A stretch of DNA of 13,993 nucleotides from a virus (Duplodnaviria > Heunggongvirae > Uroviricota > Caudoviricetes), in IMG/VR virus record IMGVR_UViG_2654587792_000016, one strand, 5' to 3'. Below the pieces are notes generated by a model. That model did no database searches and had not been told where the DNA came from. It worked only from the letters and a program-made list of their open reading frames with translations. The translations under genes were made by a program, and so were the position numbers. Shown piece after piece: positions 5,623 to 13,993 of the stretch; the first letter of the stretch is position 1, and each line of letters starts with the position of its first letter.

Positions 5623-7722
5623 ATGGGTTTTTCATCAGCCCGAAATTTGGGAAGGGACATATCGGCAGGATTTTCCCCACCACGTCGCATGCCGATTTCG
5701 GAGGCTGTTAAAAAATTCATGCGTGTTCCCAAGGGGGCTGGTAACTCGGTGCCATGGGATCCTGAACTGACACCCTACATCATTGAGCCCATGAACTGCC
5801 TGGCATCGCGTGAATACGATGCGGTGATTTTTGTTGGTCCTGCGCGAACAGGGAAGACCATTGGTCTGATCGATGGATGGATTGTCTATACCATCGTTTG
5901 CGATCCTTCGGACATGCTCGTTGTGCAGATGACCGAAGATAAGGCCCGCGAGCATTCTAAAAAGCGCCTCGACAGAACGTTCAGAAGCAGTGCGGCGGTA
6001 AAGAAAAGAATGAGTCCACGTCGTAACGACAATAATGTTCATGATAAGACGTTCAGGGATGGCTCGTTCCTTAAAATTGGTTGGCCCTCGGTCAACATTA
6101 TGTCGTCGTCGGATTACCGGTTTGTCGCCTTAACCGATTACGACCGTTTTCCGGAGAATATCGACAGCGAGGGTGATGGTTTCTCCCTGGCCTCAAAACG
6201 TACCACCACATTTATGTCCGCCGGGATGACTCTGGTGGAGAGCTCGCCGGGACGTGACATCTGCGACAGCAAATGGCGACGTAAGTCGCCTCATGAAGCG
6301 CCACCGACGACTGGTATTCTTTCCCTTTACAATCGTGGTGACCGCCGCCGCTGGTACTGGCCATGTCCGCACTGCGGTGAATATTTTCAGCCAGCCATGG
6401 ATGCCATGACCGGCTACCGTAATGAACCGGATCCCTTTAAAGCCAGTGAGGCGGCGTATCTACTTTGCCCGCACTGCAGCGGCATTATCACTGCGGAGAA
6501 AAAGCGTGAGCTCAATAGTGCAGGAGTCTGGTTGCGTGAAGGTCAGGTCATTGATCGTAACGGCAACGTTTCCGGTGAACCGCGCCGCTCCCGTATCGCC
6601 AGTTTCTGGATGGAAGGGCCAGCTGCTGCGTATCAGACCTGGGCGCAACTGGTTTACAAATTACTGACTGCAGAACAGGAGTATGAAGCGACAGGAAGCG
6701 AAGAAACACTCAGGGCGGTTATCAATACCGACTGGGGATTACCTTATCTTCCCCGCGCCAGCATGGAGCAACGAAAAAGTGAACTGCTTGAGCAGCGGGC
6801 AGAGCCAGTTCCTTCCCGCAGTGTGCCGGATGGCGTTAATTTCCTTGTGGCGGCAGTGGATGTGCAGGCGGGACGTCATCGCCGTTTTGTGGTTCAGGTA
6901 ACGGGCTATGGCAGCCGTGGCGAACGCTGGATTATTGATCGTTACAACATCACGCAGTCATTGCGCGGTGACAGCGACGGGGAGAGCCAGCGAATTGATC
7001 CGGCCAGCTATCCGGAAGACTGGGATGTCCTGCTGACGGATGTTTTTCATAAAAGCTGGCCGCTGGCCTCCGATCCTTCTCAACAAATGCGACTGATGGC
7101 AATGGCGGTGGACTCCGGCGGTGAAGACGGGGTCACTGATAATGCCTATAAATTCTGGCGTCGTTGCCGTCGTGATGGCCTTGGTAAACGTATTTACCTG
7201 TTTAAGGGCGACAGCATCCGGCGCGCAAAACTGATCAGCCGTACATTCCCTGATAACACCGGACGAACGGGCCGACGGGCGCAGGCCGCAGGTGATGTGC
7301 CGCTCTGGTTTCTTCAGACGGATGCCCTGAAAGACCGGGTGAATAACGCGTTATGGCGTGACTCGCCAGGTCCCGGCTATGTGCATTTCCCTGACTGGCT
7401 GGGGAGCTGGTTTTACGACGAACTGACGTATGAAGAGCGGAGCAGTGACGGGAAATGGAGTAAACCGGGTCGCGGTGCCAACGAAGCTTTTGACCTGATG
7501 GTGTATGCCGAGGCTCTGGTCATTCTGCATGGATACGAAAAGATCCGCTGGCCGGATGCACCGGAGTGGGCGAGCCGGGAAACCTGGCTGGAGTGTGTCC
7601 CGGACAGTACCGAACCGTCACCCTCACCGGAACCGGTATCCACGCCTGTTAAAAAACAAAAACGGAAGAAAACAGTAACTGACGATGTTAACCCCTGGCT
7701 GACTTCCGGAGGATGGTTATGA
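5623..7722 (+). CDS. Terminase large subunit (lambda gpA family)
   Basis: 699 aa, AGGAGG at 5614-5619. Walker A-like VGPARTGKT, and size and position between the small terminase and gpW. Proline-rich, basic C-terminal tail (PSPSPEPVSTPVKKQKRKK). Confidence 0.9.
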   Translation: MGFSSARNLGRDISAGFSPPRRMPISEAVKKFMRVPKGAGNSVPWDPELTPYIIEPMNCLASREYDAVIFVGPARTGKTIGLIDGWIVYTIVCDPSDMLVVQMTEDKAREHSKKRLDRTFRSSAAVKKRMSPRRNDNNVHDKTFRDGSFLKIGWPSVNIMSSSDYRFVALTDYDRFPENIDSEGDGFSLASKRTTTFMSAGMTLVESSPGRDICDSKWRRKSPHEAPPTTGILSLYNRGDRRRWYWPCPHCGEYFQPAMDAMTGYRNEPDPFKASEAAYLLCPHCSGIITAEKKRELNSAGVWLREGQVIDRNGNVSGEPRRSRIASFWMEGPAAAYQTWAQLVYKLLTAEQEYEATGSEETLRAVINTDWGLPYLPRASMEQRKSELLEQRAEPVPSRSVPDGVNFLVAAVDVQAGRHRRFVVQVTGYGSRGERWIIDRYNITQSLRGDSDGESQRIDPASYPEDWDVLLTDVFHKSWPLASDPSQQMRLMAMAVDSGGEDGVTDNAYKFWRRCRRDGLGKRIYLFKGDSIRRAKLISRTFPDNTGRTGRRAQAAGDVPLWFLQTDALKDRVNNALWRDSPGPGYVHFPDWLGSWFYDELTYEERSSDGKWSKPGRGANEAFDLMVYAEALVILHGYEKIRWPDAPEWASRETWLECVPDSTEPSPSPEPVSTPVKKQKRKKTVTDDVNPWLTSGGWL

Positions 7723-7931
7723 ATCAGAATGATATTGAAGCCATGATTCAGCGTTATACGGAAGCTGAAATGGCGGTGCTGGACGGAAAATCCGTCACTT
7801 TTAATGGTCAGCAGATGACCATGGAAAACTTATCTGAGATCCGGCAGGGGCGGCAGGAGTGGGAGCGCCGCCTTGCGGCTCTGATTACACGACGACGGGG
7901 GCATCCCGGGTACCGGTTGGCGAGGTTCTGA
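7719..7931 (+). CDS. Head-tail joining protein (lambda gpW-like)
   Basis: About 70 aa. ATG 7719 overlaps the terminase stop (ATGA), with GGAGG at 7708-7712. The C-terminal RRRGHPGYR resembles the lambda W C-terminus (RRRGPAGF); synteny A-W-B. Confidence 0.75.
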   Translation: MNQNDIEAMIQRYTEAEMAVLDGKSVTFNGQQMTMENLSEIRQGRQEWERRLAALITRRRGHPGYRLARF

Positions 7932-9439
7932 TGGCAATTCTTGATGATGTGATTGGCGTTTTTTCACCAGGATGGAAAGCGGCAAGGCTGCGTTCCCGTG
8001 CGGTGATCCAGGCTTATGAGGCCGTAAAAACGACGCGGACACACAAAGCCCGACGGGAGAACCGAACTGCCGACCAGTTAAGCCAGTACGGGGCCGTGTC
8101 GTTACGTGAGCAGGCCCGTTACCTTGATAACAACCACGATCTGGTCATTGGTGTATTTGACAAGCTGGAAGAACGGGTGGTGGGGAAAAACGGGATTATT
8201 GTCGAGCCACATCCGGTATTACGCAATGGGGCCATTGCCCGTGATCTGGCAGCGGAGATACGCACCCGATGGAGTGAATGGTCTGTCAGTCCGGAAGTCA
8301 CCGGGCAGTTTACCCGTCCGATGCTGGAACGTCTGATGCTGCGTACCTGGCTGCGCGATGGTGAGGTGTTTGCCCAGATGGTTTCCGGGCGCATAAACAG
8401 CCTGACGCCTTCTGCCGGTGTTCATTTCTGGCTGGAGGCGCTCGAGCCGGACTTTATTCCCATGACCAGTGATGAGAGCAACAGGCTGAATCAGGGCGTG
8501 TTTGTTGATGACTGGGGGCGTCCCGAAAAATATCTGGTGTATAAAAGCCGTCCCGTATCCGGACGGCAGATGGAAACCAAAGAAGTGGATGCAGAGCGAA
8601 TGCTGCATCTTAAATTTGTTCGCCGTCTGCACCAGATGCGCGGGACGTCTTTATTGTCCGGTGTGCTGATCCGCCTCAGCGCCCTGAAAGAGTATGAAGA
8701 TTCTGAGCTGACTGCAGCAAGGATCGCCGCTGCTCTGGGGATGTACATCCGGAAAGGCGACGGACAGAGCTATGAAACGGATGGTAATGACAGCAAGGAG
8801 AATGAACGCGAGCTTACCATTCAGCCAGGCATTATTTACGACGATCTGAAACCCGGCGAAGAAATCGGAATGGTGAAGTCGGATCGTCCCAATCCTAACC
8901 TGGAAACTTTTCGTAATGGTCAGTTGCGTGCCGTGGCGGCGGGCAGTCGTCTGAGTTTTTCCAGTACGGCACGCAACTATAACGGCACTTACAGCGCCCA
9001 GCGTCAGGAACTGGTTGAGTCTACTGATGGCTACCTGATCCTGCAGGACTGGTTTATTGGTGCCGTCACCCGTCCGATGTATCGTGCCTGGCTGAAACAG
9101 GCTGTGGCATCCGGTGTTATCAGGCTACCCCGCGATCTTGACCGTTCTTCACTGTATACCGCGGTGTATTTCGGACCAGTGATGCCGTGGATTGACCCTG
9201 TTAAGGAGGCTGAGGCCTGGAAAATCCAGATTCGTGGTGGAGCGGCGACAGAATCAGACTGGGTACGTGCTGGTGGTCGTAATCCGGATGATGTCAAACG
9301 TCGGCGCAAGGCCGAAATTGATGAAAACCGCAAGCTGGATCTGGTATTTGATACCGATCCGGCCAGTGATAAAGGAGGCAGCAGTGCCGCAACGAAACGA
9401 CAGGAGCCGCAGCACACCGACGACCAGTCCGAAGAATAA
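7931..9439 (+). CDS. Portal protein (lambda gpB family)
   Basis: 502 aa from ATG 7931, which overlaps the gpW stop (TGATG); GAGG at 7922-7925. The track ORF from 7859 is an upstream extension. Size and synteny fit, and SLREQARY resembles lambda B SLREYAGY. Confidence 0.85.
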   Translation: MAILDDVIGVFSPGWKAARLRSRAVIQAYEAVKTTRTHKARRENRTADQLSQYGAVSLREQARYLDNNHDLVIGVFDKLEERVVGKNGIIVEPHPVLRNGAIARDLAAEIRTRWSEWSVSPEVTGQFTRPMLERLMLRTWLRDGEVFAQMVSGRINSLTPSAGVHFWLEALEPDFIPMTSDESNRLNQGVFVDDWGRPEKYLVYKSRPVSGRQMETKEVDAERMLHLKFVRRLHQMRGTSLLSGVLIRLSALKEYEDSELTAARIAAALGMYIRKGDGQSYETDGNDSKENERELTIQPGIIYDDLKPGEEIGMVKSDRPNPNLETFRNGQLRAVAAGSRLSFSSTARNYNGTYSAQRQELVESTDGYLILQDWFIGAVTRPMYRAWLKQAVASGVIRLPRDLDRSSLYTAVYFGPVMPWIDPVKEAEAWKIQIRGGAATESDWVRAGGRNPDDVKRRRKAEIDENRKLDLVFDTDPASDKGGSSAATKRQEPQHTDDQSEE

Positions 9440-9452
9440 TTCCTGGTTCAGG

Positions 9453-11411
9453 ATGCAGGCTGGTCACCAGAGTGACGCGGATATTTATATTTATGACGAG
9501 ATTGGTTTCTGGGGTGTTACAGCGAAGCAGTTTATCAGTGATCTGAATGCACTGGGCGATATCACCCACATTAATCTTCATATTAATTCACCGGGTGGCG
9601 ATGTCTTTGAAGGCATCGCCATTTTTAATGCACTGAAAACACATGGTGCGTCCATTACCGTTTATGTCGACGGTGTGGCGGCGTCAATGGCGTCGGTCAT
9701 TGCGATGGTGGGAAACCCGGTCATTATGCCGGAAAACACTTTCATGATGATTCATAAACCATTTGGCTTTACGGGCGGTGATGCGGAGGACATGCGCACC
9801 TATGCCGACCTGCTCGATAAAGTTGAGGCGGTTCTGTTACCCGCTTATGCACAGAAAACCGGGAAAACCACCGATGAAATTGCTGCCATGCTGGCGGATG
9901 AGACCTGGATGTCCGGTGCCGAATGTCTGGCACATGGATTTGCTGATCAGGTAACGCCAGCCGTTAAGGCAATGGCATGTATTCAGTCAAAACGTACAGA
10001 GGAATTTAAAAAGATGCCGGAATCCATTCGAAACATGATTACTCCGCCACGCAACAGTGCTCCACGCGTACAGGATGATGAACCTGCAGCCTCCCGGACG
10101 CCAGTGCAGGCAGCAGCACCCGTGGTGGATGAAAACAGTATCCGTGCGCAGGTACTGGCAGAGCAAAAAGCGCGTGTAAACGGTATTAATGATCTGTTTG
10201 CCATGTTTGGCGGGCGTTATCAGACGCTGCAGGCTCAGTGTCTTGCCGATCCTGAATGTTCGCTGGAGCAGGCCCGCGAAAAGCTGTTGAACGAGATGGG
10301 GCGCGAGTCCACGCCATCCAATAAAAATACCCCGGCTCATATTTATGCCGGTAACGGTAATTTTGTGGGGGACGGGATCCGCCAGGCGCTGATGGCGCGT
10401 GCCGGATTTGAAAAAACCGAACGTGATAATGTCTACAACGGGATGACCCTGCGTGAATATGCCCGTATGTCACTGACTGAACGGGGTATTGGGGTTTCCG
10501 GTTATAACCCGATGCAGATGGTCGGTGCGGCGTTCACACACAGTACGTCTGACTTCGGTAATATTCTGCTGGATGTTGCGAACAAAGCCATTCTGCAGGG
10601 CTGGGAAGATGCCCCTGAAACCTATGAACAGTGGACGCGGAAAGGTCAGTTGTCTGATTTTAAAATTGCCCATCGTGTGGGTATGGGGGGCTTCAGTGCT
10701 CTGCGTCAGGTGCGTGAAGGGGCGGAATATAAATACGTCACCACCGGAGATAAACAGGCCACTATTGCACTGGCGACCTATGGCGAGCTGTTCAGTATCA
10801 CCCGTCAGGCCATTATCAATGATGATCTGAATATGCTGACCGATGTCCCGATGAAACTGGGCCGTGCGGCGAAATCCACCATTGCCGATCTGGTTTATGC
10901 CATTCTGACGTCTAACCCGAAAATCTCCACAGATAATGTAAGTCTGTTCGATAAAGCGAAACATGCAAACGTACTGGAGAGCGCTGCAATGGACGTGGCA
11001 TCGCTGGATAAAGCCCGCCAGTTGATGCGCGTTCAGAAAGAGGGGGAGCGTCATCTGAATATTCGTCCTGCGTTCGTACTGGTACCGACGGCGATGGAGT
11101 CTGTTGCTAACCAGGTCATTCGCTCCTCAAGTGTCAAGGGGGCTGACATTAACGCCGGTATTATTAACCCGGTGAAAGATTTTGCGACCGTTATTGCAGA
11201 GCCTCGTCTTGATGATAACAGCCAGACCACCTTCTACCTGGCTGCGTCCAAAGGCTCCGATACGATTGAAGTGGCTTATCTCAACGGTGTGGATACGCCA
11301 TATATTGATCAGATGGAGGGCTTCAGTGTGGATGGCGTGACAACGAAAGTGCGTATTGACGCCGGTGTCGCGCCAGTTGATCACCGCGGTCTGGTGAAAT
11401 GTACGGCGTAA
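9453..11411 (+). CDS. Fused head maturation protease (ClpP/S14-like) - scaffold - major capsid protein, a tripartite capsid gene
   Basis: 652 aa from ATG 9453; the track ORF from 9192 overlaps the portal in another frame. The N-terminal roughly 170 aa is ClpP-like (IYIYDEIGFWGV, INSPGGDVFEG, catalytic-Ser context GVAASMAS, His context MIHKP). The middle is a charged, Ala/Gln-rich linker; the C-terminal roughly 300 aa is capsid-like. The domain boundaries are estimates. Weak SD. Confidence 0.85.
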   Translation: MQAGHQSDADIYIYDEIGFWGVTAKQFISDLNALGDITHINLHINSPGGDVFEGIAIFNALKTHGASITVYVDGVAASMASVIAMVGNPVIMPENTFMMIHKPFGFTGGDAEDMRTYADLLDKVEAVLLPAYAQKTGKTTDEIAAMLADETWMSGAECLAHGFADQVTPAVKAMACIQSKRTEEFKKMPESIRNMITPPRNSAPRVQDDEPAASRTPVQAAAPVVDENSIRAQVLAEQKARVNGINDLFAMFGGRYQTLQAQCLADPECSLEQAREKLLNEMGRESTPSNKNTPAHIYAGNGNFVGDGIRQALMARAGFEKTERDNVYNGMTLREYARMSLTERGIGVSGYNPMQMVGAAFTHSTSDFGNILLDVANKAILQGWEDAPETYEQWTRKGQLSDFKIAHRVGMGGFSALRQVREGAEYKYVTTGDKQATIALATYGELFSITRQAIINDDLNMLTDVPMKLGRAAKSTIADLVYAILTSNPKISTDNVSLFDKAKHANVLESAAMDVASLDKARQLMRVQKEGERHLNIRPAFVLVPTAMESVANQVIRSSSVKGADINAGIINPVKDFATVIAEPRLDDNSQTTFYLAASKGSDTIEVAYLNGVDTPYIDQMEGFSVDGVTTKVRIDAGVAPVDHRGLVKCTA

Positions 11412-11434
11412 ACGTCGCAGACAACAACTCTGAT

Positions 11435-11454
11435 GGCCCGTAAGGGCTTTTTTT
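11435..11454 (+). terminator. Short-stem intrinsic terminator after the capsid gene, probably partial
   Basis: GCCC (11436-11439), GTAA tetraloop, GGGC (11444-11447), then seven Ts (11448-11454). A 4-5-bp stem would allow read-through into the downstream head genes. Confidence 0.4.
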
Positions 11455-11497
11455 GTACCTGAAATCAGCCCCTGAACGGGGCTGTGCGGAGACAGTT

Positions 11498-11821
11498 ATG
11501 GCAAAGAATTTTGTAGAAGAAGGAAAAACGGTGGCGATTGTTGCCAGTGCAGCCATCAGCAGCGGAGATCTGGTGCAGGTGGGTGATGTTTTTGCGGTGG
11601 CGCTGACCGATATTCCACAGGGTGAAACAGGCGACGGCATGACCGAAGGTGTGTTTATCCTGCCTAAACTGAAAACGGATGACATGAAAACGGGTAAGAA
11701 GGTTTATCTGAAGTCCGGAAAAGTTCAGCTGACTAACAGCGGCTCTGATCCGCTGGTCGGGGTTGTCTGGGCAGATGCCGGAACCAGTGCAGAAGAAGTG
11801 CCGGTAAAACTCAATGTCTGA
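11498..11821 (+). CDS. DUF2190-like small head protein (putative decoration or cement protein)
   Basis: 107 aa from ATG 11498 with GGAG at 11487-11490; the track ORF starts at an upstream TTG. The motif pattern (GKTVAIVASAAISSGDLVQVGDVFAVAL...GVFILPK) is typical of the DUF2190 family found next to capsid genes. Stop TGA 11819-11821 overlaps the next ATG. Confidence 0.65.
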   Translation: MAKNFVEEGKTVAIVASAAISSGDLVQVGDVFAVALTDIPQGETGDGMTEGVFILPKLKTDDMKTGKKVYLKSGKVQLTNSGSDPLVGVVWADAGTSAEEVPVKLNV

Positions 11822-12089
11822 TCCCTTTTCCCGGCTGGCAGCGCGTATGGATGCGATCACGGTCAGAAAGATGGGAAAGACAGCCTCGATTAATGATGTC
11901 GATATGGCTGTGATCCCGGGCGAAACACTGGCAGAACTGAATGCTCTGTCCGGACCTGCGGTCTCTCTGGTGGTGTTTTCTTCGGGATACCGCCCACGGC
12001 GCGGGGATCGCGTTGTTTATGACGGACAACAATGGACGGTCACACGGCATGAACGTTTTAACGGTAAGCCAATGATCTTTATTGAGTAA
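11814..12089 (+). CDS. Head-tail connector / head completion protein (lambda gpFII-like)
   Basis: 91 aa. PRRGDRVVYDGQQWTV resembles the lambda FII C-terminal region (RRGDTLTIGEENFWV). It sits immediately upstream of the Z- and U-like genes. Confidence 0.65.
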   Translation: MSDPFSRLAARMDAITVRKMGKTASINDVDMAVIPGETLAELNALSGPAVSLVVFSSGYRPRRGDRVVYDGQQWTVTRHERFNGKPMIFIE

Positions 12090-12100
12090 AGAGGTGTGGG

Positions 12101-12679
12101 ATGAAGGGGCTTGAGAATGCCATCCGCAATCTGAACAGCCTTGATACCCGTATGGTGCCACAGGCCAGCGCATGGGCGATAAACCGTGTGGCACAGAAAG
12201 CGGTCTCGGTTGCCACCCGGCAGGTTGCCGGGAATACCGTTGCGGGAGATAACCAGGTGAAAGGGATCCCCCTGAAACTGGTACGTCAGCGTGTCCGGGT
12301 GTTTAAAGCCAGTCCGTCAGGAAAAATGACGGCCAGGATCCGCGTTAACCGGGGCAATCTGCCCGCCATTAAGCTGGGGACAGCCCGGGTCAGACTGGCC
12401 CGGCGTGGTGGAAAACTGCAGTACCGTGGCAGTGTGCTGAAGGTGGGTAAATATCTTTTCCGGGATGCGTTTATTCAGCAACTGGCGAATGGTCGCTGGC
12501 ATGTGATGCGGCGTATTGATGGCAAAAATCGTTACCCCATTGATGTGGTGAAAATCCCGCTTTCCGGACCGCTGACACAGGCATTTGAAGATGCCCGCGA
12601 CCGCATCATTGCTGCGGAAATGCCGAAACAGCTGGGGTATGCACTGAAACAACAACTGAGGTTATGGCTGACCCGATGA
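12101..12679 (+). CDS. Tail completion protein (lambda gpZ-like), assigned by synteny
   Basis: 192 aa, the same length as lambda Z, with GAGG at 12091-12094. It lies between the FII-like and U-like genes. The assignment rests on size and position, not on residues I can align from memory. Confidence 0.6.
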   Translation: MKGLENAIRNLNSLDTRMVPQASAWAINRVAQKAVSVATRQVAGNTVAGDNQVKGIPLKLVRQRVRVFKASPSGKMTARIRVNRGNLPAIKLGTARVRLARRGGKLQYRGSVLKVGKYLFRDAFIQQLANGRWHVMRRIDGKNRYPIDVVKIPLSGPLTQAFEDARDRIIAAEMPKQLGYALKQQLRLWLTR

Positions 12680-13077
12680 ACCGACATACACAAATCCGCC
12701 TGGTCGTACTGGCACGCCTTCGGGAGCAGTGTGGAGACAGCGCCACGTTTTTTGACGGGCTTCCGGCATTTGTTGATGCGCAGGAACTGCCTGCCGTGGC
12801 GGTGTGGCTGAGTGATGCTCAGTACACCGGAAAAATGACGGATGAAGATGACTGGCAGGCTGTTCTGCATATTGCTGTCTTCATCCGGGCACAGGCACCG
12901 GATTCAGAGCTGGATATGTGGATGGAGAGCACCATTTTCCCGGCCCTGAATGATGTACCGGCACTTTCCGGACTCATCGACACCCTGATCCCACTCGGTT
13001 TTAACTATCAACGTGATAATGAGATGGCCACCTGGGCGATGGCGGAAATCACGTACCAGATCACGTACACGAATTAA
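12664..13077 (+). CDS. U: Tail terminator protein (lambda gpU)
   Basis: Strong match to lambda U as I recall it (GATFFDGRPA.FDEA.FPAVAVYLTGAEYTGE..D.D.WQAELHIEVF...DSELD.WMES.I.P....IPALS.LI). The start may instead be ATG 12676, which overlaps the Z stop (ATGA). Confidence 0.9.
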   Translation: MADPMNRHTQIRLVVLARLREQCGDSATFFDGLPAFVDAQELPAVAVWLSDAQYTGKMTDEDDWQAVLHIAVFIRAQAPDSELDMWMESTIFPALNDVPALSGLIDTLIPLGFNYQRDNEMATWAMAEITYQITYTN

Positions 13078-13087
13078 GGAGGTGGTA

Positions 13088-13831
13088 ATGACCACACCAA
13101 ATCCACTGGCAAAGACGAAAGGTGCGGGGACGACGTTCTGGATGTATACCGGCAAGGGCGATGCGTTTGCGAACCCTTTGTCGGACACTGACTGGCTGCG
13201 TCTTGCGATGGTGAAGGATCTGCAACCTGGCGAAATGACCGCTGATGCAGAAGATGACACTTATCTCGATGATGAGGATGCAGACTGGAAAACGACAACC
13301 CAGGGGCAGAAATCCGTTGGTGATACTTCGGCGACGCTGGCCTGGCGTCCGGGTGACAGCGGGCAGAAAAAACTGGTTCAGTTGTTCGACTCCGGTGAAG
13401 TCTGCGCGTTTCGTATCAAATATCCCAACGGTACTGTTGATGTTTTCCGCGGCTGGCTGAGCTCACTGGGTAAAACCATTGCCTCAAAAGACGTGATGAC
13501 CCGCACTGTGAAAATCAGCGGTGTGGGGCGTCCGTATCTGGCAGAGGAAGGCACTGAAACCGTGAGCGTTACCGGGCTGACGGTGGCACCGGCATCTGCC
13601 AGTGTAAAAGTGGGAGCAACCACCACGCTGACCTTTACAGTAAAACCTGACGGAGCCAGTGACAAAGCGATCAGTGTGCATTCGACAGATCCACAGACTG
13701 CCACGGTGACCCTGAACGGGCTTGTGGCCACGGTGAAAGGCGTGAAGCAGGGCAGTGTCAGCATTGTGGGCATGACTTCTGACGGCGATTTTGTGGCAGT
13801 GGCTACGGTGGCTGTCAGCGCCGCAGGTTAA
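13088..13831 (+). CDS. V: Major tail protein (lambda gpV) with C-terminal Ig-like domain
   Basis: AAGGAGG at 13076-13082 precedes ATG 13088. Close match to lambda V (PNP...KGAGTT.W.Y.G.GD..ANPLSD.DW.RLA.VKDL.PGE.TA...DD.YLDDEDADW..T.QGQKS.GDTS.TLAW.PG..GQ, FPNGTVDVFRGW). The C-terminal roughly 90 aa is Ig-like as in gpV. Confidence 0.95.
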   Translation: MTTPNPLAKTKGAGTTFWMYTGKGDAFANPLSDTDWLRLAMVKDLQPGEMTADAEDDTYLDDEDADWKTTTQGQKSVGDTSATLAWRPGDSGQKKLVQLFDSGEVCAFRIKYPNGTVDVFRGWLSSLGKTIASKDVMTRTVKISGVGRPYLAEEGTETVSVTGLTVAPASASVKVGATTTLTFTVKPDGASDKAISVHSTDPQTATVTLNGLVATVKGVKQGSVSIVGMTSDGDFVAVATVAVSAAG

Positions 13832-13851
13832 CAGGACGATACTCATCATTT

Positions 13852-13876
13852 GCCCCGGTTATCCGGGGCTTTTTTG
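13852..13876 (+). terminator. Rho-independent terminator after the major tail gene
   Basis: GCCCCGG (13852-13858), loop TTAT, CCGGGGC (13863-13869), then six Ts (13870-13875). Confidence 0.7.
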
Positions 13877-13888
13877 CAGGTGGAGAAC

Positions 13889-13993
13889 ATGATGTTTCGT
13901 AAGCGTGCAGCAAGAACCGTATTGACGGGGATGTGTTATTCAGTCGGCAGTGCTACGCGCCAGGGGAGCAGTTCGCCGACCCGGTTTATCGGC
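13889..13993 (+). CDS. 5' end of the next late ORF, running off the window (possibly a tail assembly chaperone); partial
   Basis: GGAG at 13882-13885 precedes ATG ATG at 13889-13894; the frame stays open to the window end (MMFRKRAARTVLTGMCYSVGSATRQGSSSPTRFIG). No similarity to lambda G recognised. Confidence 0.3.
   Translation, partial: MMFRKRAARTVLTGMCYSVGSATRQGSSSPTRFIG

Noticed and set aside
9192-9452. Upstream extension of the capsid ORF overlapping the portal gene
   Set aside because: It lies in an alternative frame of the portal gene with no homology signal. The ClpP-like domain begins right after ATG 9453.
2041-13849. All minus-strand ORFs in the track (for example 2041-2406, 3079-3387, 4414-4836, 5635-6042, 8219-8632, 9987-10340, 10470-11054, 11323-11685, 12904-13260, 13484-13849)
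   Set aside because: Each lies inside a + strand gene with clear homology-based support. Their translations are low-complexity or Cys/Arg/Pro-rich with no recognisable motifs, and none has a convincing SD. They are antisense frames kept open by the composition of the sense genes.
31-13993. CRISPR arrays, insertion sequences, integrase or att sites
   Set aside because: No regularly spaced direct repeats, no terminal inverted repeats flanking a transposase-like ORF, and no integrase-like ORF. The window lies entirely within the late operon.

Overview
The window is the late region of a lambda-like (lambdoid) prophage or phage, with every supported gene on the + strand. In order: a Q-type late antiterminator (31-507); an AT-rich cargo ('moron') cassette with one unknown 205-aa protein (583-1200) framed by a 12-bp perfect inverted repeat and an intrinsic terminator; a small winged-helix protein plus an orphan DPPY-type DNA methyltransferase (1477-2883); a lambda-type lysis cassette S, R, Rz and embedded Rz1 (2960-4239); a short KilA-N-like ORF; a candidate cos site (about 4888-5070); then terminase small and large subunits, gpW, portal, a fused protease-scaffold-major capsid gene, a DUF2190-like head protein, gpFII-, gpZ- and gpU-like proteins and the major tail protein V, ending at the start of the next late ORF. 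No tRNA, rRNA, CRISPR array, integrase or IS element was found. The best candidate for something undescribed is the unknown protein in the Q-to-holin cargo slot and its unusual upstream palindrome; it has no recognisable catalytic motif and its N-terminal third only loosely resembles a WYL/SH3-like fold. Secondary points are the orphan methyltransferase module, the cos assignment and the fused capsid gene. All homology statements come from reading the translations against remembered lambda proteins; no database search was run.
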